Shown here: positions 18,131-41,252 of the stretch, piece after piece
Layout of the letters: each line of letters begins with the position of its first letter
Numbering within the stretch: position 1 is the stretch's first letter
Assembly: GCF_009914755.1 (NCBI RefSeq)
Contig: NC_060936.1
DNA length: 64,000 nucleotides
Strand: one strand, 5' to 3'
Origin: the human T2T-CHM13v2.0 reference genome, Homo sapiens
Notes under the pieces: generated by a model
What the model was told of the DNA's origin: nothing
Database searches by the model: none
The model's input: the letters and a program-made list of their open reading frames with translations, nothing else
Made by a program: the position numbers and the translations under genes

Positions 18131-18225
18131 CATTTAGTCAGCAAATCTTGGCAATGCTTCTCCTGAATCTTTAGTCAGCAAATCATTTAGTCAGCAAATC
18201 TCTGTAATGCTTCTCCTGAATCTTT
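18131..18225. repeat. Local complex tandem duplication with three copies of TTTAGTCAGCAAATC
   Basis: Copies at 18133-18147, 18170-18184 and 18186-18200; AATGCTTCTCCTGAATCTTT occurs twice. Confidence 0.9.
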
Positions 18226-18309
18226 GCACGCACATAGCAATATTCCTGGTCTCACATCTAGATTTCGTCACGTATCCCGTTTTATTGTATAATAGTCTTG
18301 GATATTCCT

Positions 18310-18482
18310 CATCTTAATTTCCCTGGCTTTGGATAATAAGTTTGTTAACTGTAAGCCTCCACTCTCACATTTGTAACAGAGTAGTAATGTGAACCTTTAA
18401 GGGTTGTTAGGGATTAATTGAGGTAATATCTATAAACTTCTGAACACAGTAAGAGGAGCTTGTAAGCCCTCGGTAAATGGGA
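18310..18482 (+). mobile_element. MIR fragment
   Basis: Degenerate MIR core (CCTCCACTCTCACATTTGTAA...GGGTTGTTAGGGATTAATTGAGGTAAT). Confidence 0.55.
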
Positions 18483-19773
18483 AGTCTGTGACTGCTGAAA
18501 TTGAAATTAGGTCCAGTTGCTCATTTGATCTTCCTAAAGCTCCTGCCACATTATGTCTTTTAGCCAACTCAGGAAATGTCACAGACTCCTTTTGCCTTAC
18601 AAAAAAAAGTCTCTTTTTGTCATTTAAGCCTTCAGTCTTCCACCACCACGCCACAACTTGTGAAATAATTCCTCCCCCATAAACCCGTTTCTCCAGCCAG
18701 TGACTCACCATTTCTCAGATACTTCCAAAGCACTCCGTTCTCTGCATGGTGTACCTGTGTAGTGCCTGTTCAACCTTACTGTGTAAGTATCACTTTACAG
18801 TTCACAAAGCACCATCCTATACAACATCCCACTTGTTTCACATACACAGGCTCTGCAGCATATGGACCAATTAACCTTTATCCCCATTAAATCAGATTCC
18901 ATGACTTGCCCAAAATCATAAGCTAGAGTGAAAACCTTGTATTAATGGATTTTCTTTCATCTTTTAAAAATTCTATTTTAACTTCTTTCAAAGTTAATGG
19001 ATCATTCTGTTCTTAGAGTTTGGCTGCAGTCTTTGTTACCTGAGGAATATCAGCTTCTAGCTATGGCTCTAACAAGACAGCAAAGTGAAAACAAAATGTC
19101 CCTACCTATTCTAAAATGCATAATAGTTATACAATTCTATTTTTATTTACAAAATATTATAAATACTATTTTACAGTTACAAAATTATAAAAGTAGCTCA
19201 TTATACCAGGCTTTGCTTCTGTCTTAATTTTACAGTAGGTTTTGCCTCTGTCTTAATTTTATGTACATTTTTCAGCAAGTTTATTCATTCTGCAAAGATT
19301 TATGGAACTCAGGATGCAAAGATAAGCCATGATGCTAATGCCCACAATGTAGAATTCTTGTTCAAAACTTGGAAGGAAATGAGGTTGAGTATAAATGCCA
19401 AAAACATTTCTAAAATTGACCTAAAGGTGTCATTATGTTGTTGAAACATAAGCTGATAAATCTTTGAATTAATGGTAGGAATTCAGCTACTCAGTGCCAT
19501 TTGTAACTTTGTAAGAACACAGTTAACCATTGATAAAATCCAGATCCTTCTATCTAGAAGTTATTTTAATTTTGATTTAAAATTTGGACGGGTGCGGTGG
19601 CTCACACCTGTAATCCTAGCACTTTGGGAGGCCGAGGTGGGCGGATCACCTGAGGTTGGGAGTTCAAGACCAGCCTGACCAACATGGAGAAACCCCATCT
19701 CTACTAAAAAAAAAAAAAAAAAATACAAAATTAGCCTGGTGTGGTGGCACATACCTGTAATCCCAGCTACTCA

Positions 19774-19878
<105 letters not shown>

Positions 19879-21117
19879 TCAAAAATAAAATAAAATTCAA
19901 GTATATTTTAGAATAGATTTATCCATGGCAAGAACAAGTACCTTTTTGACTAACAGAGATGTAAGATTTTCACTTCAGGAATGTTTTTTCACTTAAAAAT
20001 GGTAGATTTTAGTGTATCCTTAAAATATTTGCAAAGAAGAAAATGTGACAATTTCAAACCTTATGTTCACAGTAAAAGATTTTTTTTAATTCATCTTGAG
20101 TTCTTTTAATATTTCCTGTTTCCTGTGGATGCCAGGGATAAACATAGTAGTAGCCTTGCTTGAAATTAAAGGAACAGGGATTAGGAAAAGGCCATTAAAC
20201 AAGGAAAATACATTAAGCTACTGAAGTAAAAAAAAAATCAGATCTGTAAAACTTATCCCTAGCCAAATGTAAGTAAATTATTTGGAATGGCACTAGCCCA
20301 GGCCTTCAAAGTTTGCTTTCAAATATACCACAAGGACATAATCTATCTTCCTTGAAGAAAAGGGGAAATATTATAAAGTCTAGCTATATCTTTAAAAATA
20401 TTGTTGATTCTTATGACTATATAACAATAGTAATGTTTGCAGGTTTTACTTACAGGAAAAAACGTATGATAATTTATTCAAATTACTTTAAAACTTCTGA
20501 AGTAATCTCAATAACCCCTTCAGTTATAAAGAGACTTATTTACATTCTTCTGTTACTGAAGTCACTTCACATTTCCCTGCTTCCTGTTGAAGAGTGGTTT
20601 CAATAGGTAGCATACCCTTCAATCTCAGGTTCTTGGACTTTCAGGTGTGCCTAGAGAGAGTGGAAGGCAAATTTACATTGTTATTATCTAAATGACCTAT
20701 TTATAAAGACCCCTGCATTCCCTAAAGCCTCACCCTGGGCACATCAAATTCTTTAGCTTTTTAGTTTTGCTGCACATCTTAAGAGCTTATTGATGTAGAC
20801 ACAGAAGGACATTCTTGAGAAAATGGAGTATTCTGTGATTACGCTATGGAGTTTTTTGCTTTTGTTAAGACAGATTCCCAACTGAAAAAATCTTTTCCGA
20901 AGAAGTCATTAAGAACTCAGGAAAAAGTCCCTTTTTCTCTTAAATGGAAAATGACAGCAAGAGATGGGTCTTCTTCTTAGTTAACAGTGAAGGACAGAAG
21001 CTCTGCTCTGTATCCACCCACACTGTTCAAGAAAAAGGAACTATTGGCACAGAATTCAGACTCAAGTAAACTAAGTTACAAGACAGCTTGAGCAAAGGTT
21101 TCCCCTCCTGCAAATGA

Positions 21118-21249
<132 letters not shown>

Positions 21250-21444
21250 TGAGTAGCTAGGATTACAGGCGCCCACCACCACACCCAGCTAATTTTGGTA
21301 TTTTTTATTAGAGATGGGGTTTCACCATGTTAGCCAGGCTGGTCTTGGACTCCTGACCTCAAGTGATCCTCCCACCTTGGCCTCCCAAAGTGCTGCCGTT
21401 ACAGATGTGAGCCACCACCCCCAGCCTACTGGTGTAGAATTTTT

Positions 21445-21774
<330 letters not shown>

Positions 21775-22208
21775 TGAGTGAGTGAGACTACAGGCGCACA
21801 CCACCGCACCCAGCTAATTTTTGCATTTTTAGTAGAGACGGGGTTTCACCATGTTGGCCAGGCTGGTCTCGAACTCCTGAACTCAGGTGATCCACCCACC
21901 TCAGCCTCCCAGAGTGAGTCACCGCATCCAGCCTCTAGATTATTATATAAACTTTTAAGAGAGCAATTAAGCCACTGCTTAATCACTTGTTATTTTTAAA
22001 GGGAGTATGGAGAATTAATTTTTTCTAAGGATGAATTATATGAATGACCATCTTGGCTCTGCTCACTACTCATCTCTTTTCCCCCTCCCCAAATGATTCA
22101 GGAGCATTTTACCTCATGAGTTAGAATATCCTATTTTTTCTGAGTTCAGAGCTGGTCCAATTTCTCCAGAGATAGATTTGAAACAGACATTTAAAAGCTA
22201 CTAAAGTA

Positions 22209-22918
<710 letters not shown>

Positions 22919-23310
22919 TGAGGTCAGGCGTTCAAGACCAGCCTGGCCAACATGGTGAAACCCGGTCTCTACTAAAAACTCAAAAATTAGCCGGGCGTAG
23001 TAGTGGGCACCTGTAATCCCAGCTACTCACGAGGCTGAGGCAAGAGAATCGATTGAACCAGGGAGGTGGAGGTTGCAGTGAGCTGAGATTGCGCCATTGC
23101 ACATCAGCTTTTAAAAGGCAGTTAAAATCTCTTAATGCTATATCTTAGACAACAAGAAAATATTTTAATCTAGATCCAATATTTGTGTTTACTTAGTTTG
23201 AAGTTTTTTATCTTTGATAGTTGTGCAATTACCTTGATCAGTATCTGATATCAACTCATCTGGACCTTGAAAAATTCTTTGGCAGTCATGTTTACTTGAA
23301 TTGATGCCAG

Positions 23311-23463
23311 GATAGGACCATGGTTCACAAGCCTGACTTCTCAGAACTGACAGTAAATCTTCAGAAAGACAAAAACAAAGTACAATACTCAAGGCTGTCT
23401 TTCCCCCAGTCCCCAATAAGAATTGCCAGGGCCCAGACCTGTAAAGGTTTTAAATCTCCACAG
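23311..23463 (+). other. Candidate unannotated in-frame exon DRTMVHKPDFSELTVNLQKDKNKVQYSRLSFPQSPIRIARAQTCKGFKSPQ
   Basis: Acceptor TGCCAG|GAT (weak pyrimidine tract) and donor CAG|GTAGTT; 153 nt, 51 open codons, phase 0-0 like the flanking PLEKHA5 exons; not a recognisable repeat. Confidence 0.4.
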
Positions 23464-24012
23464 GTAGTTTTATGGGGGCCGGGGGGCTTTTTTTTTTTTC
23501 TTTTGCCAGATATGAGAACTACACCAAAGAAAGAAGAAAAGTCAGCTGGATGTGATGCCTCATGCCTGTAATCCTACCACTTTGGGAGGCCAACACGGGT
23601 GGATCTCTTGAGCCCAGGAGTTCGAGACTAGCCTGGCCAACATGGCGAAACCCCTTCTCTCTTTCTTTTTTTAAAATTTTTTAGTTAGAAATGAAAAAAA
23701 GAAAGAAGTCTAGGTTTTCTGAAACAAGCACTGTCTTGGTGCTACCTTTTTTCATGTGTGGACACATAGAAAGCGAGGATATTTGTACAGCACCTTGAAA
23801 CAAATAAGCAGGAGGTGATGTCATGAGCCTTAGCCCTGCAGGGACCAGACTAGGCCTTCTGAAGCTGAGGTGGTCCTTGTCCCCACACCTTGTAACCCAT
23901 TTCCAGCCCATGGGTGTCAGTTGGGAAATTCTACACAAGATCCTAGTAGATGTAATTACATATAATTCAATGGTTTTTGATGATGGGGTTTTAAAATCAA
24001 GTTATTCAATAG

Positions 24013-24883
<871 letters not shown>

Positions 24884-25049
24884 TCAGATTTTCTAGATAG
24901 TTTTTCTAAACATTTGGACTTAGAAATTTCAAGTAAAAATGTGTTTTGTTGTGAACAGAAATTCACCGGCATTATTACCTAAGTGTATTTCCGAGATGTT
25001 GCCACGTATGTTTTCTTATTTACAGCTAGAGTTAATTATGAAAATTGTG

Positions 25050-28736
<3,687 letters not shown>

Positions 28737-29125
28737 GAAAATTGTGTAATGCCTGAATCATACATTTTCATTCCTATTATTATGAAATAATCTGCCTTTT
28801 ATAATAGCTTTATAATTTAGCAATTAAATGTAAATCTGTATTACCTGTTACTTCAAAGAAGGAATTAAAGTAAGAAGCAAAGCATTTAACTCATTTCAAG
28901 TGAATCCTTAAACATCCTACGTGTACTATTTAGTCTTTCCTCTGATTCCTTACACAATATGTAGACTGTTAACACCACTCTTAAAATGGTTTCTTGGATT
29001 CTTATATTCAAACCAGAAGTGAATTATATGTATTCTTTATTTATTTATGTATTTATTTTAAGAACTTGAAGGCCAGGCTCATGCCTGTAATCCCAGCACT
29101 TTGGGAGGCCGAGGCAGGTGAATCA

Positions 29126-31870
<2,745 letters not shown>

Positions 31871-31948
31871 AAAGGATGAGCCAGGAGGATTGCTTGAGCC
31901 CAGGAGTTCAAGACCAGCCTGGGCAACATAATGAGGCCCCTGTCTCTA

Positions 31949-32194
<246 letters not shown>

Positions 32195-33550
32195 TCAGGT
32201 TGGTGGTAAAGTAACATGAGGGAACTACCTGGGTAGATGGAAACATTCTGTATGTTTTGATTGTTACATATGTGAATACTTTTGTCAAAAGTCGTTGATG
32301 TATAACTAAAATTTGTCAATTTATTCTTCAGTGAAGTTTTTTTTTTAATATCCTCACTTCCAAAAAGCAGTTGTAGGCACAGAGATTTAAAAATAAATGG
32401 TCTAGTCTGAATGAAATTTTTAATTGGGATATTGTTAAAAGACAAACATGTGTTTCATTATCACTTAACTGACTAAAAAGTAGATTAAACCAGTCACAGG
32501 AGGTTTCTAATTTGATAACTAAACAAATTTTATTGGCAATTAGACTGAAAATATAATTGTCTAGAAAAAGAGTTTTAAGATTTAGTTTTTTCTTACATTA
32601 TATTAATAAATTTATTAATTTTGAGATTAATGAACTTTTGTTGTAGACTTAGCTGAACCAGTAAAGTAGCATTTGTCAACCACGATAGAAATGCTTATTT
32701 TCTGTATATGAAAGATGAAAATTAAGCGTTACAAATTACCATTATAAACAGACCTGTCGACTTACAAATGGTAAAGCTTTCTTGGCCTTTTACTATATAC
32801 ATCATGATGGTCTTTTGAGTGCTTTAACTCAAGTACAGAGCCTGCTAAAACAAATATTTTTCTAGAGGCAGTAATTAAGTACAACATAGCTGGAAATGTT
32901 AAGCTTGGTTTCAGACTACCTTTTTAGAAGCTAAGGAGACATACCAAGTCTTTGCTGAATAAGTCTTAGTTTGCATATCCTTGAGTAATTCTACATGTGG
33001 TATTATACTGTGAGAAAATCCAAAATAGAGTCTCTATAAATGTCAAGATTACCTTTAATAAAGTATGTGATTAAGTGACACATTCAGTATATTATATTTT
33101 AATACTTGTAGAGAACTAATTTTTTATAACCTTACACAGAACTGAATATCATTTTCAGCTTTATTACTGAATTCATAATCAAATTGTACCATTTTTCTCC
33201 TGATTGTGTAGGTTCTCACCCTTTAGTTTACCCTTTGAATTATGATTTATCATCTATTTTATTATATGTAGAAATATTCATTAATTGACTATATCATGAT
33301 TATATGTATGAAGTAAAACTAGTTGTGACAGTGTTGCAATTAGTAGTTTTTTCTTGGAAGTATTTCACAGCGTTTAATACTTGTTTGAAATGGTTTATAT
33401 GAATTAAATCTGTACAACCATGGGGTAAAATGTAAACAACTGCACTATTAGGAAGATATTAAAGTAGAGGCTATATTTACAGTGTCGTCTTTCAAATCTA
33501 GCTATGCTGTAAACTGATGTTTGCTGTATGCTCCTCCTGATTTGAAATAG

Positions 33551-33631
33551 ATGAAAGAAAATGAACCTATTATCACCATGGTTCACACAATGATTGAGAA
33601 CTCGGCGCTAAGACCCCAACTGTACCAGCAA
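33551..33631 (+). CDS. PLEKHA5: PLEKHA5 alternative exon MKENEPIITMVHTMIENSALRPQLYQQ (81 nt, phase 0-0)
   Basis: Acceptor GAAATAG| and donor CAA|GTAAGG; start of ORF 33551-33889; lies in repeat-poor flanks. Confidence 0.82.
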
Positions 33632-36600
33632 GTAAGGTCTTGGACAGTGAATGATACTGCTTTATCATCTGCAAAATCCCTCAGTGACAGTTTTGATTTA
33701 TTCTCAGATTTACTCATGACATCAGTGTTTTTCTTATTTTATTTTTTGTTTATGTTTATTTGGAAAACCACAATTCATCCATGCTTTTCAAGATGCTGCA
33801 GTATTCTTAGCATGGCTTCGCTGAACATTTTGCTGTTGAATATTAAATGTGCCATTTTCCTAAAGTTTTTGTGCAGAGTATTTGATTGATATGTACTTGG
33901 AGGTCTGCAGTACATTTGCAAAATTACTAGATTTTCATATGGTTTTATTAACTTTAAAAGCATTATACCTATTTTTTAGGGAAAAGGCTTTGTAAAAATA
34001 TTTACTTTCAGGGGTTGCCCTCCACAACTTCCCCCAACCTAGTGTTTTAAGAATACATTATATTTGTATGGGCGTTATTTAAATCTAGTTTCTGTACTAT
34101 GGTATGGTAAAACTTAAAGATAGCCACTTTTTAACATACTGGGGGTATTTTGTCGCTGTATTCTTACCATTCTCAAGCAGTCGTCAAGACTATCATAAGT
34201 TACCCTATTGTTTTTCCTTATTCAAAATGTGTGTCATGGAGTTGGCTGGCTTTAACTTAGGAACCTTAGTAATCTGCAGATCTGCAAAAGAAGTCATATG
34301 TTTCTATCAAATTTTTGTGTATCTCATGGTCTAAATGTTTCTAGCTATGTGTTTCTCAACATCAGCTTCTTTCACTTCAACACCCTCAAATTACTCTGGC
34401 GTATGACCTTTACAATCTTTAAAAATCATGCAGAAGAAGAAAATTAACTAACATGAAAAATGAATATATATTTTGATTTAAATATATAAGGCACCTAGTA
34501 AAAAGAACGACTTTGAGCTCATGCTGGCTTTTAAGGCCTCTATTTGGTTCAGTTGCCATGGGATCTGCATCACAGGGCCATGTAACTGAGGAATGGATAC
34601 AATTGATCAGAGGGTGACTTATATTTCAGCACAGTTTTCAAAATATTTAAAGTATATTATTAGATGACTGAAAATAGTCTCAAATTTGCAATAAAGAGAT
34701 TAACAAACTATTAAATATTTAAAGTTAAACAGCTTTACTTATCAAAAGAAAATGGAATCTTTCAATTCTTAAAGTCACCAGATTATAGACCTTGGTACTC
34801 TATTCCAAAGTACCACACCGAGAGTATTTGGAATAAGTATTATTCCGAATAAGTATTATTCCAAAACTGATACCTTCTGCGGTGTCTGAAGCTGTCAGTA
34901 AAATATATCATCTATATGATGCTAAATTGACATGAGATCAAAGGGATTTTGTTATAATAGGTTATGTTTTTATCACATTTTGCATATTTTAGATGAGAAT
35001 GGTAGCCTGGATTTCAAATCTGTTTGGTTTGGTTGGGTTTTTTTTTATAATGCTCAACATTCATGGTTCAGGATGCGGAAGTCTGATAGTTTAAATTATT
35101 TGGTTGCATTAAAAGTTCTAATTGGGGTTTTCCCAAAGTGTGGAGATCTGAAATGGGAAGGGCTGAGGGGGGGGAAAGTGAAGATGTCTGAGACTGGCAC
35201 ATTATAGCATCACTGACCTTGAATACCGAAAGAGCAATAGATTTGTATAAATATTTCTTTATATTAATATGTGAAAGAAAACTAAAATTGTATAGAACAG
35301 AAAGATCTGAATGTCTAATGTCAGCAGCCTTGCCTGGGCATGGCTGAGTCACCAGTTACCAGGAAATCAGTGTTAACTCTCAGTGCTGTTAAGGCTAGGG
35401 AGTCTTCAGACTGTCTTATTTTTATTCAGCCACTAGTAAAGGACTTAATTATTAAGCAGGGCATCCTTAATAGATTAAAGTGACAGCCCGACACATTTTT
35501 TAAACTGTGTTTATAAATTTGCACAAACTGAAATTATATTTTATTTTTCTCCAGGTTTCCCTCATCATGTTATTATCCAGGGAAAATGTACTGCTACAGT
35601 TTGCTTTTCTGAAGTTGAATGACAGTGTTTTATTAATAAGTTATTGATATTTAGCTAGAAATACAATGGCAAAATGTTTTATAACCTATTTTATTCTGAA
35701 TCATAGCCACTCAGTTTTTGGAAATGTTTGCATTTTTCTTCCTTGGAGAACACTCAAGAAATTACCTAGGCAGTAATTTTCTTAAAATTGGTCAATTAAA
35801 AAAGACTTAAAACTGAATCCAGGCTTGTCGAGGTGGCTTATGCCTGTAATCCCAACAATTTATGAGGCCAAAGCTGAAGGATCACTTGAGGCCAGGAGTT
35901 TGAGACTAGCCTGGGCAACAAAGCAAGACCCTGTCTCTGCAAAATATAAAAAAATTAGCCAGGCATGGTGGCACACACCTATAGTCCTAGCTACTCAGGA
36001 GGCTGAGACAGGAGTCCGAAGCTGCAATGAACTGTGATTACGATTACACCACTGTGCTCTAGCCTGGTGGGTGACAGAATGAGATACTATCTCTTTTTTT
36101 TTTTTTTTAAGCATTCTGTATTCTACACCACCTTTCACAGTTACATTTTAGGACCATAGTTTTTATAACATGATTAATACCAGTGAAATTAATCACCTGA
36201 TAAGTAATTTGTCCTAAAAGATGCAATATCAACAAATGCCTATAGTCCTATGAGCATTTTTTTTGCCATCTGTGGATATAATGTCTAATTTTATCAAATT
36301 TTAAAATATTTCCCCAAAACTCCTTTTTGGAGTTTATGTATCATGTTCATATACTCTAAAATATATATAGTCCACATACCTAAGGGATATTGAAGTTGAA
36401 TTTTAATTAACATATGTAACTTTGTTTTAATGCCAAGACAGTTTATAAAAAAAAAAAGTATCAGATACTTTAAATGGTTCCGACATCCTAAATAAAATAT
36501 AACACATGTCCTTATGTAGTTAATAAAATCCATATAACACACTCCTCAACCTGAAGTTGGAGCACTGCACAAGTTTATGTAATTACTACATAGCCCATTT

Positions 36601-37377
36601 TTTCATTTGCTTTTCTAGTGTTGCTAAGGTACTTCGAATGAAGTATTCAAACCAAACCTTTTTTTTTTTTTTTTTTTTTTTTTGGCTAAAGGTGTATTTG
36701 AAAAAAATGATAAACAGTGTTACCATGAACTTAAATTAACCAGAATGCTCATGAAATTTACTTTTCTTTTTTTTCGGTAGGGCCAGGGGTTGGGATGAGG
36801 AGTCAGGATTTTCATGTTGAGGACAAAATAGCAACCTTTTCAATTCTATGAAGGCGTTTTTTGTTTGTTTAAGGAAAAATTTTGTTTTCTTATGCTTTTA
36901 TTCTGTCATAAAAGCAATGTGTGGGGAGAGGTTTAAGGATTTGGTTAGTTGATGTCTAATGAATATCTTTATTGAATAACTTGATAAAAGATTTCAAGAA
37001 AAATTTCGGTGGTACTAAAACTAGAAATACCACAAAAATCTGATTGATATGTATAATATATTTATATGGCTATAAAGGATATATCGCTCTAAAGTTGTAA
37101 CTACAGTAGACATTTTTCTCTATTATGATATGCTAACTGATGTAAAAATAAATCTGCAATAAGATTCCCCAAATAAAAATAGTATATCAATATCCTAAAG
37201 ATTTACTATAAATTAGTAAGTTTTCACTTTAATATACTAATGTTTTTTTCTGTTGACTCTGAGATATAGGGTACATTTGATATTTTAATCTAGATGAAAC
37301 ACTGTCTGCTAGTTATATTCAGATTCTGTAATCTAGTAAAGCTGTTTTGCATTTAACTTTAAATATTAAGCAAACTA

Positions 37378-37654
<277 letters not shown>

Positions 37655-38758
37655 TCAAAAAATAAATAAATATTAAGCAAACTATATTTGAACATCTTAG
37701 TAGCTTATGACTTTTCATCTTTAATTTGTTATAAATATGAAAATGGAATTTTGGCATTGTCTTACTTTTTTTATCATAGATCTACCTATTTAAAACTTAC
37801 TTCATATTACTTTTTTTCCAGATAGGAATATAAATTATTTTCTTGGATCTAGGTGCTTTAATTTACAATGACAGTTGACACTTCTCAGGACACACCTGAG
37901 GATACTTATTTTGAATAGTATAAGAGTATTCTAACTTTTGTCATTAAATTCATTTTTCATGTAATATTCATTCCTATGAAAGTTTTGTGGTTTAACAATC
38001 ACTGCATACCCTTAAATAGTCACAGATTCATTTGCATGAGGTATGTGAAAGTAATGTCTTGAAATGAAATATAAATCCAGGATTTATTGTATGTTTGGAA
38101 TGCTTATATTTTTAACCTTCTCCTGATTCCCACATTTCTAGATCAATTCAAAGTTATCTCCTGTTTAAATGATGCTTCCTTTTAAAGCTGTAACTGTCAA
38201 GCAGTTTCTTTCATAGAGAAAACATATAGAATTGTCATTTATACATTCTTATGTATTATGCGTATATGAAATTTAATTTTTTAAACTGGAATGTAATTGG
38301 GACACATTACTTCTAACCCCACCTTGAAAACATTGTGCCATTTAGTAAACATGCAATGAGCCCCATTTAAATTTTTTCTACTGTGTTTTTGTTATTTTCT
38401 CACAGTCAATATAAAAATCAAAAGACAAGAAAAATAGTGAAGTATTGCCTGCAGAGGCTATGATGTTATCTGTGGTATAACTGACTGGGATGGCTATTGA
38501 AATCTTGCTAAGCACAATCAGAAGTAACCAAAATATCTTTTAACCAAAATATACTGGGCAGAAGCTGAAGAAAGGATATTTAAGTACACTGAATAATTCC
38601 TTACAATATAGTAACATAAATGGAGTCAACTAACACACATAAACTTTTTATGAAATTTGACTATCCATAGTTTATAACATAGGCTTTCAGTTTTATAAGA
38701 TTTCGAATGATTTTCCTCTTTTCAATTAAACCCATCCTTTTCCTTCATTATCTTTTAG

Positions 38759-38794
38759 TTCTTAAGACAGAAGAGCAAGATAAGTCTATATTGT
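38759..38794 (+). CDS. PLEKHA5: PLEKHA5 alternative micro-exon FLRQKSKISLYC (36 nt, phase 0-0)
   Basis: Strong pyrimidine tract CCCATCCTTTTCCTTCATTATCTTTTAG| and donor TGT|GTATGT; open and symmetric. Confidence 0.72.
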
Positions 38795-39299
38795 GTATGT
38801 GTGTTTATATATTATATATATGTATACAATATGTTATAGGTTTTGTTAAGATGTGTTGACATTTGAGTGTACACATACACAGTGTGTGTTTATGTATATA
38901 CCGTGAAGGATGGTTTTGGCTGTTGAACTATGCTTAATTTAAGTATTTGATTTGACACAGTTGCTACGATTGTATTTGTCAGTTTTTTTATTAAAATAAT
39001 GTGTGTCTTTAAAAGAAATGATGTAAGATACTGTATTAGTTTTGTTTGACCAGCATATTATTATGTTTAACAAGCTTGTTACATACATCGTTCGTATGTA
39101 TCTTGCATATTATATCACTGTTAAGTATTTTCTACTTTGTTGATCAGTGTTTGAATTAAACTTCTAAAAGTGTAAGAATCATTAAAATCTATTTTTGTTA
39201 TGTTATATATATTTAATATAAATCCAAAGTATTAATTAATAGGGTAAATATATTTTTAAATAAGATTTTTTAAGTTGCTATATGATTTTTTTCTTATAG

Positions 39300-39362
39300 C
39301 TGTCACAAGATGAAGGTAGAGGCACATTATACAAATACAGACCTGAAGAAGTAGATATTGAT
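39300..39362 (+). CDS. PLEKHA5: PLEKHA5 coding exon LSQDEGRGTLYKYRPEEVDID (63 nt)
   Basis: Acceptor TTCTTATAG| and donor GAT|GTAAGT; directly follows ...QGKT in the short isoform. Confidence 0.94.
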
Positions 39363-39980
39363 GTAAGTATTAGTATGATATATGTGGTCAGTACTCTGTC
39401 GTATTCTCCGCCAAAAACACTGGAAATAAGCATGACCAAAAAACTTCTTTCTCCCAAGTCCTCCAAAGTGACATCAGGTAAATTCATATTTTATGTGTGT
39501 GCTCTAAATTATTATTCCCTGCCCTCTACGTCCCACTGCTCCCTATTGTTAGCAGTCCAACGTTATTAAGCATCACTTAAATGAAAGTAAAAACTGTTTC
39601 TGATTTTTAGAAGTTACAGATTGGCTGGACACGGTGGCCCACACCTTTAATCCCAGCACTTTGGGAAGCCGAGGCGGGCGGATCAGTTGAGGCCAGGAGT
39701 TTGAGACCAGCCTGGGCAACATAGCAAGACCCTGTCTCTACTAAAAATACAAAAATTAGCTGGGCATGGTGGTACACGCTTGTAATCCCAGCTACTCGGG
39801 AGTCTGAGGCCTGAGAATCTCTTGAACCCAGGAGGGACAGGTGCAGTGAGCCAAGATCATTCCACTGCACTCTAGCCTGGGTTATGGCGTGAGACCCTGC
39901 CTCAAAAAAAAAAAAAAGTTATGGAAGACTAGAGACTGGAGACGAATTGCTGTGTTTTTCAGATAAAGTTCGGCCTTTAG

Positions 39981-40334
<354 letters not shown>

Positions 40335-41044
40335 TGACCTCAGGTCATCCACCCACCTTGGCCTCCCAAAGTGCAGAGATACGGGGGTGAGCCACCGAGC
40401 CCAGCCCCCTACTTTTTCTTTTTAACACCTTTCATTTTGTGTAGGCTGAGTCTTGTTGTCTGACAAAGATAAGGTAGTTATTTTAATAGATAAATGGCAA
40501 AGAAAGTAAAGTCTCAAATTTCTTGCTTATGTGTCATTATGCCATAAAGTTGGGGACATATTTCCAATTTGTCCAGTGTTTTCATTTTGAAACATTAAAA
40601 CTGGTTTATTGTACTATTGAAATTTTATTAGAATACTTTCTTGTACTTTCATAATTAAGAAATTAGGGTAATATTAAGAATTTAAACACTAAAACCCTGA
40701 TGAAAGTTATTTTTCTCCATTAATAATATTTTTATTTGTATTTCAATTAGAAGTGATCTATTGTTTATATTATTTTCTAAGAATCTAAGAGTGTGTTTTT
40801 TAAACATATAACAATAGAATCCAGTAAGCATTTTAATTAAGGACTGCATATTATCACTTAACCTATTTAGCAGATTGTAGAGGCAAAATGCTTGCATGCC
40901 TATTTTTTAAGGATTCTATCTTTGTAAGCTATATTTTAACTTTTATTGATTGAAATATAGATTTTTGGTCATATAATGACTGCCTACCTCCAATTACAGA
41001 AAAAATAAAAAATTGCTAACAAGACATCTTCTCTTATAACCTAG

Positions 41045-41125
41045 GCCAAGTTAAGCCGATTATGTGAACAAGATAAAGTGGTGCATGCTCTGGAAGAGAA
41101 ACTTCAGCAACTCCACAAGGAGAAA
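41045..41125 (+). CDS. PLEKHA5: PLEKHA5 coding exon AKLSRLCEQDKVVHALEEKLQQLHKEK (coiled-coil region)
   Basis: Acceptor AACCTAG| and donor AAA|GTAGGA; 81 nt, phase 0-0. Confidence 0.95.
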
Positions 41126-41252
41126 GTAGGACAATTATGTTTATTGTCTACAATTGATGTTACTTAATATGATTATTATCAGGACACTGATAAGTAAAAA
41201 GAATTAATACAATGATGCAGAACATTAAGTGTAATTCTTTTTATCATAATAG

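Noticed and set aside
35555-35587. Possible 33-nt micro-exon (TTTTTCTCCAG|GTTTCC...AAT|GTACTG)
   Set aside because: The acceptor is good and the frame is open, but the donor is very weak; not supportable from sequence alone.
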